This document shows, piece by piece, positions 51,801 to 64,000 of a DNA stretch of 64,000 bases (position 1 is its first letter; the number at the start of each line of letters is the position of its first letter). The stretch covers positions 32,862,001 to 32,926,000 of the forward strand of contig NC_087251.1 in assembly GCF_037042905.1 (NCBI RefSeq), written 5' to 3'. A program made the position numbers and the translations under genes. Source of the stretch: Lytechinus pictus (Eukaryota). The notes beneath the pieces are model-generated. The model was not told the DNA's origin and did not search any database. It saw only the letters and a program-made list of their open reading frames with translations.

Positions 51801-54800
51801 TTGTTCAATATTTCCCCCCAAACCCCCCCAAAATCAGCCGTCCTCGCTCCCTGGGATGTTTTAGCATCCTAACCGATTATTACAGCGAGAATCAAGAGGA
51901 TCCAGGGAGTTTGAATTTTCGACCCCCTCGCCCCATCCACGACATGGAAAATTGGGCAAAATTGAGCAAAATAATATTTGTTCAGTATTTCCCCCGAAAC
52001 CCCCCCAAATCAGCCGTCTTCGCTCCCTGGAATGTTTTAGCATCCAAACCGATTATTACAGCGAGAATCAAGAGGGTCCAGGGAGTTTGAATTTTCGACC
52101 CCCTCGCCCCACCCGCGACATGGAAAATTGGGCAAAATTGGCCAAAATTGAGCAAAATAATATTTGTTCAATATTTCCCCCGAAACCCCCCCAAATCAGC
52201 CGTCTTCGCTCCCTGGAATGTTTTAGCATCCAAACCGATTATTACAGCGAGAATCAAGAGGGTCCAGGGAGTTTGAATTTTCGACCCCTCGCCCAACCCG
52301 CGACATGAAAAATTTGGCAAAATTGGCCAAAATTGAGCAAAATAATATTTGTTCAAAATTTCCCCCGAAACCCCCCCCTAATCAGCCGTCTTCGCTCCTT
52401 GGGATGTTTTAGCATCCAAACCGATTATTAAAGCGAGAATCAAGAGGATCCAGGGAGTTTGAATTTTCGACCCCCTCGCCCCACCCGCGACATGGAAAAT
52501 TGGGCAAAATTGGCCAAAATTGAGCAAAATAATATTTGTTCAATATTTCCCCCCAAACCCCCCCAATCAGCCGTCTTTGCTCCCTGGGATGTTTTAGCAT
52601 CCTAACCGATTATTACAGCGAGAATCAAGAGGATCCAGGGAGTTTGAATTTTCGACCCCTCGCCCCATCCGCGACATGAAAAATTTGGCAAAATTGGCCA
52701 AAATTGAGTAAAATAATATTTGTTCAGTATTTCCCCCGAAACCCCCCCCAAATCAGCCGTCTTCGCTCCCTGGGATGTTTTAGCATCCTAACCGATTATT
52801 ACAGCGAGAATCAAGAGGATCCAGGAAGTTCGAATTTTTGACCCCCTCGCCCCACCCGCGACATGGAAAATTGGGCAAAATTGGCCAAAAGTGAGCAAAA
52901 TAATATTTGTTCAATATTTCCCCCGAAACCCCCCCAAATCAGCCGTCTTTGCTCCCTGGGATGTTTAAGCATCCTAACCGATTATTACAGCGAGAATCAA
53001 GAGGATCCAGGGAGTTTGAATTTTCGACCCCATTGCCCCACCCACGATATGGAAAATTGGGCAAAATTGGCCAAAATTGAGCAAAATAATATTTGTTCAA
53101 TATTTTCCCCGAAACCCCCCCAAATCAGCCGTCTTCGCTCCCTGGGATATTTTAGCATCCTAACCGATTATTACAGCGAGAATCATGAGGATCCAGGGAG
53201 TTTGAATTTTTGACCCCCTCCCCCCACCCGCGACATGAAAAATTGGGCAAAATTGATCAAAATTGAGCAAAATAATATTTGTTCAATATTTCCCCCGAAA
53301 CCCCCCCAAATCAGCCGTCTTCGCTCCCTGGAATGTTTTAGCATCCTAACCGATTATTACAGCGAGAATCAAGAGAATCAAGAGGATCCAGGGAGTTTGA
53401 ATTTTCGACCCCCTCGCCCCACCCGCGACATGGAAAATTGGGCAAATTTGGCCAAAATTGAGCAAAATAATATTTGTTCAATATTTCCCCCGAAACCCCC
53501 CCAAATCAGCCGTCTTCGCTCCCTGGGATGTTTTAGCATCCTAACCGATTATTACAGCGAGAATCAAGAGGATCCAGGGAGTTTGAATTTTCGACCCCCT
53601 CGCCCCACCCGCGACATGGAAAATTGGGCAAAATTGGCCAAAATTGAGCAAAATAATATTTGTTCAATATTTCCCCCGAAACCCCCCCAAATCAGCCGTC
53701 TTCGCTCCCTGGGATGTTTTAGCATCCCAACCGATTATTACAGCGAGAATCATGAGGATCCAGGGAGTTTGAATTTTTGACCCCCTCGCCCCACCCGCGA
53801 CATGGAAAATTGGGCAAAATTGGCCAAAAGTGAGCAAAATAATATTTGTTCAATATTTCCCCCGAAACCCCCCCAAATCAGCCGTCTTTGCTCCCTGGGA
53901 TGTTTAAGCATCCTAACCGATTATTACAGCGAGAATCAAGAGGATCCAGGGAGTTTGAATTTTCGACCCCATTGCCCCACCCACGATATGGAAAATTGGG
54001 CAAAATTGGCCAAAATTGAGCAAAATAATATTTGTTCAATATTTTCCCCGAAACCCCCCCAAATCAGCCGTCTTCGCTCCCTGGGATATTTTAGCATCCT
54101 AACCGATTATTACAGCGAGAATCATGAGGATCCAGGGAGTTTGAATTTTTGACCCCCTCCCCCCACCCGCGACATGAAAAATTGGGCAAAATTGGCCAAA
54201 ATTGAGCAAAATAATATTTGTTCAAGTTTTAGCATCCTAACCGATTATTACAGCGAGAATCATGAGAATCAAGAGGATCCAGGGAGTTTGAATTTTCGAC
54301 CCCCTCGCCCCACCCGCGACATGGAAAATTGGGCAAATTTGGCCAAAATTGAGCAAAATAATATTTGTTCAATATTTCCCCCGAAACCCCCCCAAATCAG
54401 CCGTCTTCGCTCCCTGGGATGTTTTAGCATCCTAACCGATTATTACAGCGAGAATCAAGAGGATCCAGGGAGTTTGAATTTTCGACCCCCTCGCCCCACC
54501 CGCGACATGGAAAATTGGGCAAAATTGGCCAAAATTGAGCAAAATAATATTTGTTCAATATTTCCCCCGAAACCCCCCCAAATCAGCCGTCTTCGCTCCC
54601 TGGGATGTTTTAGCATCCTAACTGATTATTACAGCGAGAATCAAGAGGATCCAGGGAGTTTAAATTTTCGACCCCCTCGCCCCACTCACGACATGGAAAA
54701 TTGGGCAAAATTGGCCAAAATTGAGCAAAATAATATTTGTTCAATATTTCCCCCGAAACCCCCCCAAATCAGCCGTCTTCGCTCCCTGGAATGTTTTAGC

Positions 54801-57800
54801 ATCCTAACCGATTATTACAGCGAGAATCAAGAGGATCCAGGGAGTTTGAATTTTCGACCCCCTCGCCCCACCCGCGACATGGAAAATTGGGCAAAATTGG
54901 CCAAAATTAAGCAAAATAATATTTGTTCAATATTTCCCCCGAAACCCCCCCAAATCAGCCGTCTTTGCTCCCTGGGATGTTTTAGCATCCTAACCGATTA
55001 TTACAGCGAGAATCAAGAGGATCCAGGGAGTTTGAATTTTCGACCCCATTGCCCCACCCACGACATGGAAAATTGGGCAAAATTGGGCAAAATTGAGCTA
55101 AATAATATTTCCCCCGAAACCCCCCCAAATCAGCCGTCTTCGCTCCCTGGGATGTTTTAGCATCCTAACTGATTATTACAGCGAGAATCAAGAGGATCCA
55201 GGGAGTTTAAATTTTCGACCCCCTCGCCCCACCCGCGACATGGAAAATTGGGCAAATTTGGCCAAAATTGAGCAAAATAATATTTGTTCAATATTTCCCC
55301 GGAAACCCCCCCAAATCAGCCGTCTTCGCTCCCTGGAATGTTTTAGCATCCTAACCGATTATTACAGCGAGAATCAAGAGGATCCAGGGAGCTTGAATTT
55401 TCGACCCCCTCGCCCCACCCGCGACATGGAAAATTGGGCAAAATTGGCCAAAATTAAGCAAAATAATATTTGTTCAATATTTCCCCCGAAACCCCCCCAA
55501 ATCAGCCGTCTTTGCTCCCTGGGATGTTTTAGCATCCTAACCGATTATTACAGCGAGAATCAAGAGGATCCAGGGAGTTTGAATTTTCTACCCCATTGTC
55601 CCACCCACGACATGGAAAATTGGGAAAAATTGGCCAAAATTGAGAAAAATAATATTTCCCCCGAAACCCCCCCAAATCAGACGTCTTCGCTCCCTGGGAT
55701 GTTTTAGCATCCTAACTGATTATTACAGCGAGAATCAAGAGGATCCAGGGAGTTTAAATTTTCGACCCCCTCGCCCCACCCGCGACATGGAAAATTGGGC
55801 AAATTTGGCCAAAATTGAGCAAAATAATATTTGTTCAATATTTCCCCGGAAACCCCCCCAAATCAGCCGTCTTCGCTCCCTGGGATGTTTTAGCATCCTA
55901 ACCGATTATTACAGCGAGAATCAAGAGGATCCAGGGAGTTTGAATTTTTGACCCCCTCGACCCACCCGCGACATGGAAAATTGGGCAAAATTGGACAAAA
56001 TTGAGTAAAATAATATTTGTTCAATATTTCCCCCGAAACCCCCCCCAAATCAGCCGTCTTCGCTCCCTGGGATGTTTTAGCATCCTAACCGATTATTACA
56101 GCGAGAATCAAGAGGATCCAGGAAGTTCGAATTTTCAACCCCATTGCCCCACCCGCGGCATGGAAAATTGGGCAAAATTTGCCAAAATTGAGCAAAATAA
56201 TATTTGTTCAATATTTCCCCCGAAACCCCCCCAAATCAGCCGTCTTCGCTCCCTGGGATGTTTTAGCATCCTAACCGATTATTACAGCGAGAATCAAGAG
56301 GATCCAGGGAGTTTGAATTTTCGACCCCCTCGCCCCACCCGCGACATGGAAAATTGGGCAAAATTGGCCAAAATTGAGCAAAATAATATTTGTTCAATAT
56401 TTCCCCCGAAACCCCCCCAAATCAGCCGTCTTCGCTCCCTGGGATGTTTTAGCATCCTAACCGATTATTACAGCGAGAATCATGAGGATCCAGGGAGTTT
56501 GAATTTTTGACCCCCTCGCCCCACCCGCGACATGGAAAATTGGGCAAAATTGGCCAAAATTGAGCAAAATAATATTTGTTCAATATTTCCCCCGAAACCC
56601 CCCAAAATCAGCCGTCTTCGCTCCCTGGGATGTTTTAGCATCCTAACCGATTATTACAGCGAGAATCAAGAGGATCCAGGGAGTTTGAATTTTCAACCCC
56701 CTCGCCCCACCCGCGACATGGAAAATTGGGCAAAATTGGGCAAAATTGAGCAAAATAATATTTGTTCAATATTTCCCCCGAAACCCCCCCAAATCAGCCG
56801 TCTTTGCTCCCTGGAATGTTTTAGCATCCTAACCGATTATTACAGCGAGAATCAAGAGGACCCAGGGGGCTTTAATTTTCGACCCCCTCGCCCCACCCGC
56901 GACATGGAAAATTGGGCAAAATTGGCCAAAATTGAGCAAAATAATATTTGTTCAATATTTCCCCCCAAACCCCCCCAAAATCAGCCGTCCTCGCTCCCTG
57001 GGATGTTTTAGCATCCTAACCGATTATTACAGCGAGAATCAAGAGGATCCAGGGAGTTTGAATTTTCTACCCCCTCGCCCCACCCGCGACAAAGAAAATT
57101 GGGCAAAATTGGGCAAAATTGAGCAAAATAATATTTGTTCAATATTTCCCCCGAAACCCCCCCAAATCAGCCGTCTTTGCTCCTTGGGATGTTTTAGCAT
57201 CCTAACCGATTATTACAGCGAGAATCAAGAGGATCCAGGGAGTTTGAATTTTCGACCCCCTCGCCCCATCCACGACATGGAAAATTGGGCAAAATTGAGC
57301 AAAATAATATTTGTTCAGTATTTCCCCCGAAACCCCCCCAAATCAGCCGTCTTCGCTCCCTGGAATGTTTTAGCATCCAAACCGATTATTACAGCGAGAA
57401 TCAAGAGGGTCCAGGGAGTTTGAATTTTCGACCCCCTCGCCCCACCCGCGACATGGAAAATTGGGCAAAATTGGCCAAAATTGAGCAAAATAATATTTGT
57501 TCAATATTTCCCCCGAAACCCCCCCAAATCAGCCGTCTTCGCTCCCTGGAATGTTTTAGCATCCAAACCGATTATTACAGCGAGAATCAAGAGGGTCCAG
57601 GGAGTTTGAATTTTCGACCCCTCGCCCAACCCGCGACATGAAAAATTTGGCAAAATTGGCCAAAATTGAGCAAAATAATATTTGTTCAAAATTTCCCCCG
57701 AAACCCCCCCCTAATCAGCCGTCTTCGCTCCTTGGGATGTTTTAGCATCCAAACCGATTATTAAAGCGAGAATCAAGAGGATCCAGGGAGTTTGAATTTT

Positions 57801-60800
57801 CGACCCCCTCGCCCCACCCGCGACATGGAAAATTGGGCAAAATTGGCCAAAATTGAGCAAAATAATATTTGTTCAATATTTCCCCCCAAACCCCCCCAAA
57901 TCAGCCGTCTTCGCTCCTTGGGATGTTTTAGCATCCTAACCGATTATTACAGCAAGAATCAAGAGGATCCAGGGAGTTTGAATTTTCGACCCCCTCGCCC
58001 CACCCGCGACATGGAAAATTGGCCAAAATTGAGCAAAATAATATTTGTTAAATATTTCCCCCGAAACCCCCCCAATCAGCCGTCTTTGCTCCCTGGGATG
58101 TTTTAGCATCCTAACCGATTATTACAGCGAGAATCAAGAGGATCCAGGAAGTCTGAATTTTCGACCCCCTCGCCCAACCCTCGACATGGAAAATTGGGCA
58201 AAATTGGGCAAAATTGAGCAAAATAATATTTGTTCAATATTTCCCCCGAAACCCCCCCAAATCAGCCGTCCTCGCTTCCTGAGATGTTTTAGCTTCCTAA
58301 CCAATTATGACAGCGAGAATCAAGAGGATCCAGGGAGTTTGAATTTTCGACCCCTCGCCCCACCCGCGACATGAAAAATTTGGCAAAATTGGCCAAAATT
58401 GAGCAAAATAATATTTGTTCAAAATTTCCCCCGAAACCCCCCCCTAATCAGCCGTCTTCGCTCCTGGGATGTTTTAGCATCCTAACCGATTATTACAGCG
58501 AGAATCAAGAGGATCCAGGGAGTTTGAATTTTCGACCCCCTCGCCCCACCCGCGACATGGAAAATTGGGCAAAATTGGCCAAAATTGAGCAAAATAATAT
58601 TTGTTCAATATTTCCCCCCAAACCCCCCCAAATCAGCCGTCTTCGCTCCTTGAGATGTTTTAGCATCCTAACCGATTATTACAGCAAGAATCAAGAGGAT
58701 CCAGGGAGTTTGAATTTTCGACCCCCTCGCCCCACCCGCGACATGGAAAATTGGCCAAAATTGAGCAAAATAATATTTGTTAAATATTTCCCCCGAAACC
58801 CCCCCAATCAGCCGTCTTTGCTCCCTGGGATGTTTTAGCATCCTAACCGATTATTACAGCGAGAATCAAGAGGATCCAGGAAGTCTGAATTTTCGACCCC
58901 CTCGCCCAACCCTCGACATGGAAAATTGGGCAAAATTGGGCAAAATTGAGCAAAATAATATTTGTTCAATATTTCCCCCGAAACCCCCCCAAATCAGCCG
59001 TCCTCGCTTCCTGAGATGTTTTAGCTTCCTAACCAATTATGACAGCGAGAATCAAGAGGATCCAGGGAGTTTGAATTTTCGACCCCTCGCCCCACCCGCG
59101 ACATGAAAAATTTGGCAAAATTGGCCAAAATTGAGCAAAATAAGATTTGTTCAATATTTCCCCCCAAACCCCCCCAAATCAACCGTCTTCGCTCCTGGGA
59201 TGTTTTAGCATCCTAACCGATTATTACAGCAAGAATCAAGAGGATCCAGGGAGTTTGAATTTTCGACCCCCTCGCCCCACCCGCGACATGGAAAATTGGG
59301 CAAAATTGAGCAAAATAATATTTGTTCAATATTTCCCCCGAAACCCCCCCAATCAGCCGTCTTTGCTCCCTGGGATGTTTTAGCATCCTAACCGATTATT
59401 ACAGCGAGAATCAAGAGGATCCAGGAAGTCTGAATTTTCGACCCCCTCGCCCAACCCTCGACATGGAAAATTGGGCAAAATTGGGCAAAATTGAGCAAAA
59501 TAATATTTGTTCAATATTTCCCCCGAAACCCCCCCAATCAGCCGTCTTTGCTCCCTGGGATGTTTTAGCATCCTAACCGATTATTACAGCGAGAATCAAG
59601 AGGATCCAGGGAGTTTGAATTTTCGACCCCTCGCCCCATCCGCGACATGAAAAATTTGGCAAAATTGGCCAAAATTGAGCAAAATAATATTTGTTCAATA
59701 TTTCCCCCGAAACCCCCCCCTAATCAGCCGTCTTCGCTCCTTGGGATGTTTTAGCATCCTAACCGATTATTACAGCAAGAATCAAGAGGATCCAGGGACT
59801 TTGAATTTTCGACCCCCTCGCCCCACCCGCGACATGGAAAATTGGGCAAAATTGGACAAAATTGAGTAAAATAATATTTGTTCAGTATTTCCCCCGAAAC
59901 CCCCCCCCAAATCAGCCGTCTTCGCTCCCTGGGATGTTTTAGCATCCTAACCGATTATTACAGCGAGAATCAAGAGGATCCAGGAAGTTCGAATTTTCAA
60001 CCCCATTGCCCCACCCGCGGCATGGAAAATTGGGCAAAATTTGCCAAAATTGAGCAAAATAATATTTGTTCAATATTTCCCCCGAAACCCCCCCAAATCA
60101 GCCGTCTTCGCTCCCTGGGATGTTTTAGCATCCTAACCGATTATTACAGCGAGAATCAAGAGGATCCAGGGAGTTTGAATTTTCGACCCCCTCGCCCCAC
60201 CCGCGACATGGAAAATTGGGCAAAATTGGCCAAAATTGAGCAAAATAATATTTGTTCAATATTTCCCCCGAAACCCCCCCAAATCAGCCGTCTTCGCTCC
60301 CTGGGATGTTTTAGCATCCTAACCGATTATTACAGCGAGAATCATGAGGATCCAGGGAGTTTGAATTTTTGACCCCCTCGCCCCACCCGCGACATGGAAA
60401 ATTGGGCAAAATTGGCCAAAAGTGAGCAAAATAATATTTGTTCAATATTTCCCCCGAAACCCCCCAAATTCAGCCGTCTTCGCTCCCTGGGATGTTTTAG
60501 CATCCTAACCGATTATTACAGCGAGAATCAAGAGGATCCAGGGAGTTTGAATTTTCAACCCCCTCGCCCCACCCGCGACATGGAAAATTGGGCAAAATTG
60601 GGCAAAATTGAGCAAAATAATATTTGTTCAATATTTCCCCCGAAACCCCCCCAAATCAGCCGTCTTTGCTCCCTGGAATGTTTTAGCATCCTAACCGATT
60701 ATTACAGCGAGAATCAAGAGGACCCAGGGGGCTTTAATTTTCGACCCCCTCGCCCCACCCGCGACATGGAAAATTGGGCAAAATTGGCCAAAATTGAGCA

Positions 60801-63800
60801 AAATAATATTTGTTCAATATTTCCCCCCAAACCCCCCCAAAATCAGCCGTCCTGGCTCCCTGGGATGTTTTAGCATCCTAACCGATTATTACAGCGAGAA
60901 TCAAGAGGATCCAGGGAGTTTGAATTTTCTACCCCCTCGCCCCACCCGCGACAAAGAAAATTGGGCAAAATTGAGCAAAAAAATATTTGTTCAATATTTT
61001 CCCCGAAACCCCCCCAAATCAGCCGTCTTTGCTCCTTGGGATGTTTTAGCATCCTTACCGATTATTACAGCGAGAATCAAGAGGATCCAGGGAGTTTGAA
61101 TTTTCGACCCCCTCGCCCCATCCACGACATGGAAAATTGGGCAAAATTGAGCAAAATAATATTTGTTCAGTATTTCCCCCGAAACCCCCCCAAATCAGCC
61201 GTCTTCGCTCCCTGGAATGTTTTAGCATCCAAACCGATTATTACAGCGAGAATCAAGAGGGTCCAGGGAGTTTGAATTTTCGACCCCCTCGCCCCACCCG
61301 CGACATGGAAAATTGGGCAAAATTGGCCAAAATTGAGCAAAATAATATTTGTTCAATATTTCCCCCGAAACCCCCCCAAATCAGCCGTCTTCGCTCCCTG
61401 GAATGTTTTAGCATCCAAACCGATTATTACAGCGAAAATCAAGAGGGTCCAGGGAGTTTGAATTTTCGACCCCTCGCCCAACCCGCGACATGAAAAATTT
61501 GGCAAAATTGGCCAAAATTGAGCAAAATAATATTTGTTCAAAATTTCCCCCGAAACCCCCCCCTAATCAGCCGTCTTCGCTCCTTGGGATGTTTTAGCAT
61601 CCAAACCGATTATTAAAGCGAGAATCAAGAGGATCCAGGGAGTTTGAATTTTCGACCCCCTCGCCCCACCCGCGACATGGAAAATTGGGCAAAATTGGCA
61701 AAAATTGAGCAAAATAATATTTGTTCAATATTTCCCCCCAAACCCCCCCAAATCAGCCGTCTTCGCTCCTTGGGATGTTTTAGCATCCTAACCGATTATT
61801 ACAGCAAGAATCAAGAGGATCCAGGGAGTTTGAATTTTCGACCCCCTCGCCCCACCCGCGACATGGAAAATTGGCCAAAATTGAGCAAAATAATATTTGT
61901 TAAATATTTCCCCCGAAACCCCCCCAATCAGCCGTCTTTGCTCCCTGGGATGTTTTAGCATCCTAACCGATTATTACAGCGAGAATCAAGAGGATCCAGG
62001 AAGTCTGAATTTTCGACCCCCTCGCCCAACCCTCGACATGGAAAATTGGGCAAAATTGGGCAAAATTGAGCAAAATAATATTTGTTCAATATTTCCCCCG
62101 AAACCCCCCCAAATCAGCCGTCCTCGCTTCCTGAGATGTTTTAGCTTCCTAACCAATTATGACAGCGAGAATCAAGAGGATCCAGGGAGTTTGAATTTTC
62201 GACCCCTCGCCCCACCCGCGACATGAAAAATTTGGCAAAATTGGCCAAAATTGAGCAAAATAATATTTGTTCAAAATTTCCCCCGAAACCCCCCCCTAAT
62301 CAGCCGTCTTCGCTCCTGGGATGTTTTAGCATCCTAACCGATTATTACAGCGAGAATCAAGAGGATCCAGGGAGTTTGAATTTTCGACCCCCTCGCCCCA
62401 CCCGCGACATGGAAAATTGGGCAAAATTGGCCAAAATTGAGCAAAATAATATTTGTTCAATATTTCCCCCCAAACCCCCCCAAATCAGCCGTCTTCGCTC
62501 CTTGAGATGTTTTAGCATCCTAACCGATTATTACAGCAAGAATCAAGAGGATCCAGGGAGTTTGAATTTTCGACCCCCTCGCCCCACCCGCGACATGGAA
62601 AATTGGCCAAAATTGAGCAAAATAATATTTGTTAAATATTTCCCCCGAAACCCCCCCAATCAGCCGTCTTTGCTCCCTGGGATGTTTTAGCATCCTAACC
62701 GATTATTACAGCGAGAATCAAGAGGATCCAGGAAGTCTGAATTTTCGACCCCCTCGCCCAACCCTCGACATGGAAAATTGGGCAAAATTGGGCAAAATTG
62801 AGCAAAATAATATTTGTTCAATATTTCCCCCGAAACCCCCCCAAATCAGCCGTCCTCGCTTCCTGAGATGTTTTAGCTTCCTAACCAATTATGACAGCGA
62901 GAATCAAGAGGATCCAGGGAGTTTGAATTTTCGACCCCTCGCCCCACCCGCGACATGAAAAATTTGGCAAAATTGGCCAAAATTGAGCAAAATAATATTT
63001 GTTCAATATTTCCCCCCAAACCCCCCCAAATCAACCGTCTTCGCTCCTGGGATGTTTTAGCATCCTAACCGATTATTACAGCAAGAATCAAGAGGATCCA
63101 GGGAGTTTGAATTTTCGACCCCCTCGCCCCACCCGCGACATGGAAAATTGGGCAAAATTGGCCAAAATTGAGCAAAATAATATTTGTTCAATATTTCCCC
63201 CGAAACCCCCCCAATCAGCCGTCTTTGCTCCCTGGGATGTTTTAGCATCCTAACCGATTATTACAGCGAGAATCAAGAGGATCCAGGAAGTCTGAATTTT
63301 CGACCCCCTCGCCCAACCCTCGACATGGAAAATTGGGCAAAATTGGGCAAAATTGAGCAAAATAATATTTGTTCAATATTTCCCCCGAAACCCCCCCAAT
63401 CAGCCGTCTTTGCTCCCTGGGATGTTTTAGCATCCTAACCGATTATTACAGCGAGAATCAAGAGGATCCAGGGAGTTTGAATTTTCGACCCCTCGCCCCA
63501 TCCGCGACATGAAAAATTTGGCAAAATTGGCCAAAATTGAGCAAAATAATATTTGTTCAATATTTCCCCCGAAACCCCCCCCCCTAATCAGCCGTCTTCG
63601 CTCCTTGGGATGTTTTAGCATCCTAACCGATTATTACAGCAAGAATCAAGAGGATCCAGGGACTTTGAATTTTCGACCCCCTCGCCCCACCCGCGACATG
63701 GAAAATTGGGCAAAATTGGACAAAATTGAGTAAAATAATATTTGTTCAGTATTTCCCCCGAAACCCCCCCCCAAATCAGCCGTCTTCGCTCCCTGGGATG

Positions 63801-64000
63801 TTTTAGCATCCTAACCGATTATTACAGCGAGAATCAAGAGGATCCAGGAAGTTCGAATTTTCAACCCCATTGCCCCACCCGCGGCATGGAAAATTGGGCA
63901 AAATTTGCCAAAATTGAGCAAAATAATATTTGTTCAATATTTCCCCCGAAACCCCCCCAAATCAGCCGTCTTCGCTCCCTGGGATGTTTTAGCATCCTAA
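24808..64000 (+). repeat. 186-bp tandem satellite DNA array (~210 monomers, head-to-tail, continues beyond the window)
   Basis: Consensus catggaaaattgggcaaaattggccaaaattgagcaaaataatatttgttcaatatttcccccgaaacccccccaaatcagccgtcttcgctccctgggatgttttagcatcctaaccgattattacagcgagaatcaagaggatccagggagtttgaattttcgaccccctcgccccacccgcga. The ORF track shows 62-codon periodicity. Most monomers carry one BamHI site. Confidence 0.98.
25045..25424. mobile_element. 380-bp non-satellite insertion in the second monomer (solo-LTR-like or unclassified)
   Basis: Satellite gatccag|...|cagggagtttg with CAG on both sides. The insert starts tgcca and ends tggcg, and is AT-rich with an attaaa signal. Confidence 0.7.

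Noticed and set aside
24815..63809. Over one hundred repetitive ORFs as protein-coding genes
   Set aside because: They are translations of the 186-bp satellite, with frequent frameshifts and stops and no recognisable domain.
25425..64000. CRISPR array or CENP-B box in the satellite
   Set aside because: Monomers are contiguous without spacers. The TTCG-containing segments do not fit TTCGNNNNANNCGGG on either strand.

Overview
Eukaryotic, repeat-only window with no intact host gene. It spans the junction between a densely nested transposon region (1 to ~24.8 kb) and a large tandem satellite array (~24.8 kb to the window end). The left part holds two 5'-truncated LINE reverse-transcriptase remnants: an L2-like copy on + and an RTE-X-like copy on - with a frameshift and a mutated catalytic Asp. 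It also holds a tRNA-derived SINE and many non-autonomous DNA elements with readable terminal inverted repeats (TIRs) and, in several cases, target-site duplications (TSDs): Tc1/mariner-like ends, hAT-like 8-bp TSD MITEs, a TTA-TSD Harbinger-like MITE, a 3.9-kb TGT..ACA foldback element with a 5-bp TSD, and Helentron/pearl-like elements with internal ~160-bp repeats. A ~1-kb tandem duplication lies near the junction. The right ~39 kb is a homogeneous 186-bp satellite (~210 monomers) with nested higher-order periods (about 0.73, 2.4, 3.9, 4.4, 5.3-5.5 and 18.7-19.3 kb). Its first monomers are interrupted by a 380-bp unrelated insert carrying a CTCF-like motif. The repetitive ORFs over the array are satellite translation artefacts. 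The repeat repertoire suggests a marine invertebrate, possibly a sea urchin (inference only). The overall picture is a candidate (peri)centromeric or heterochromatin boundary.
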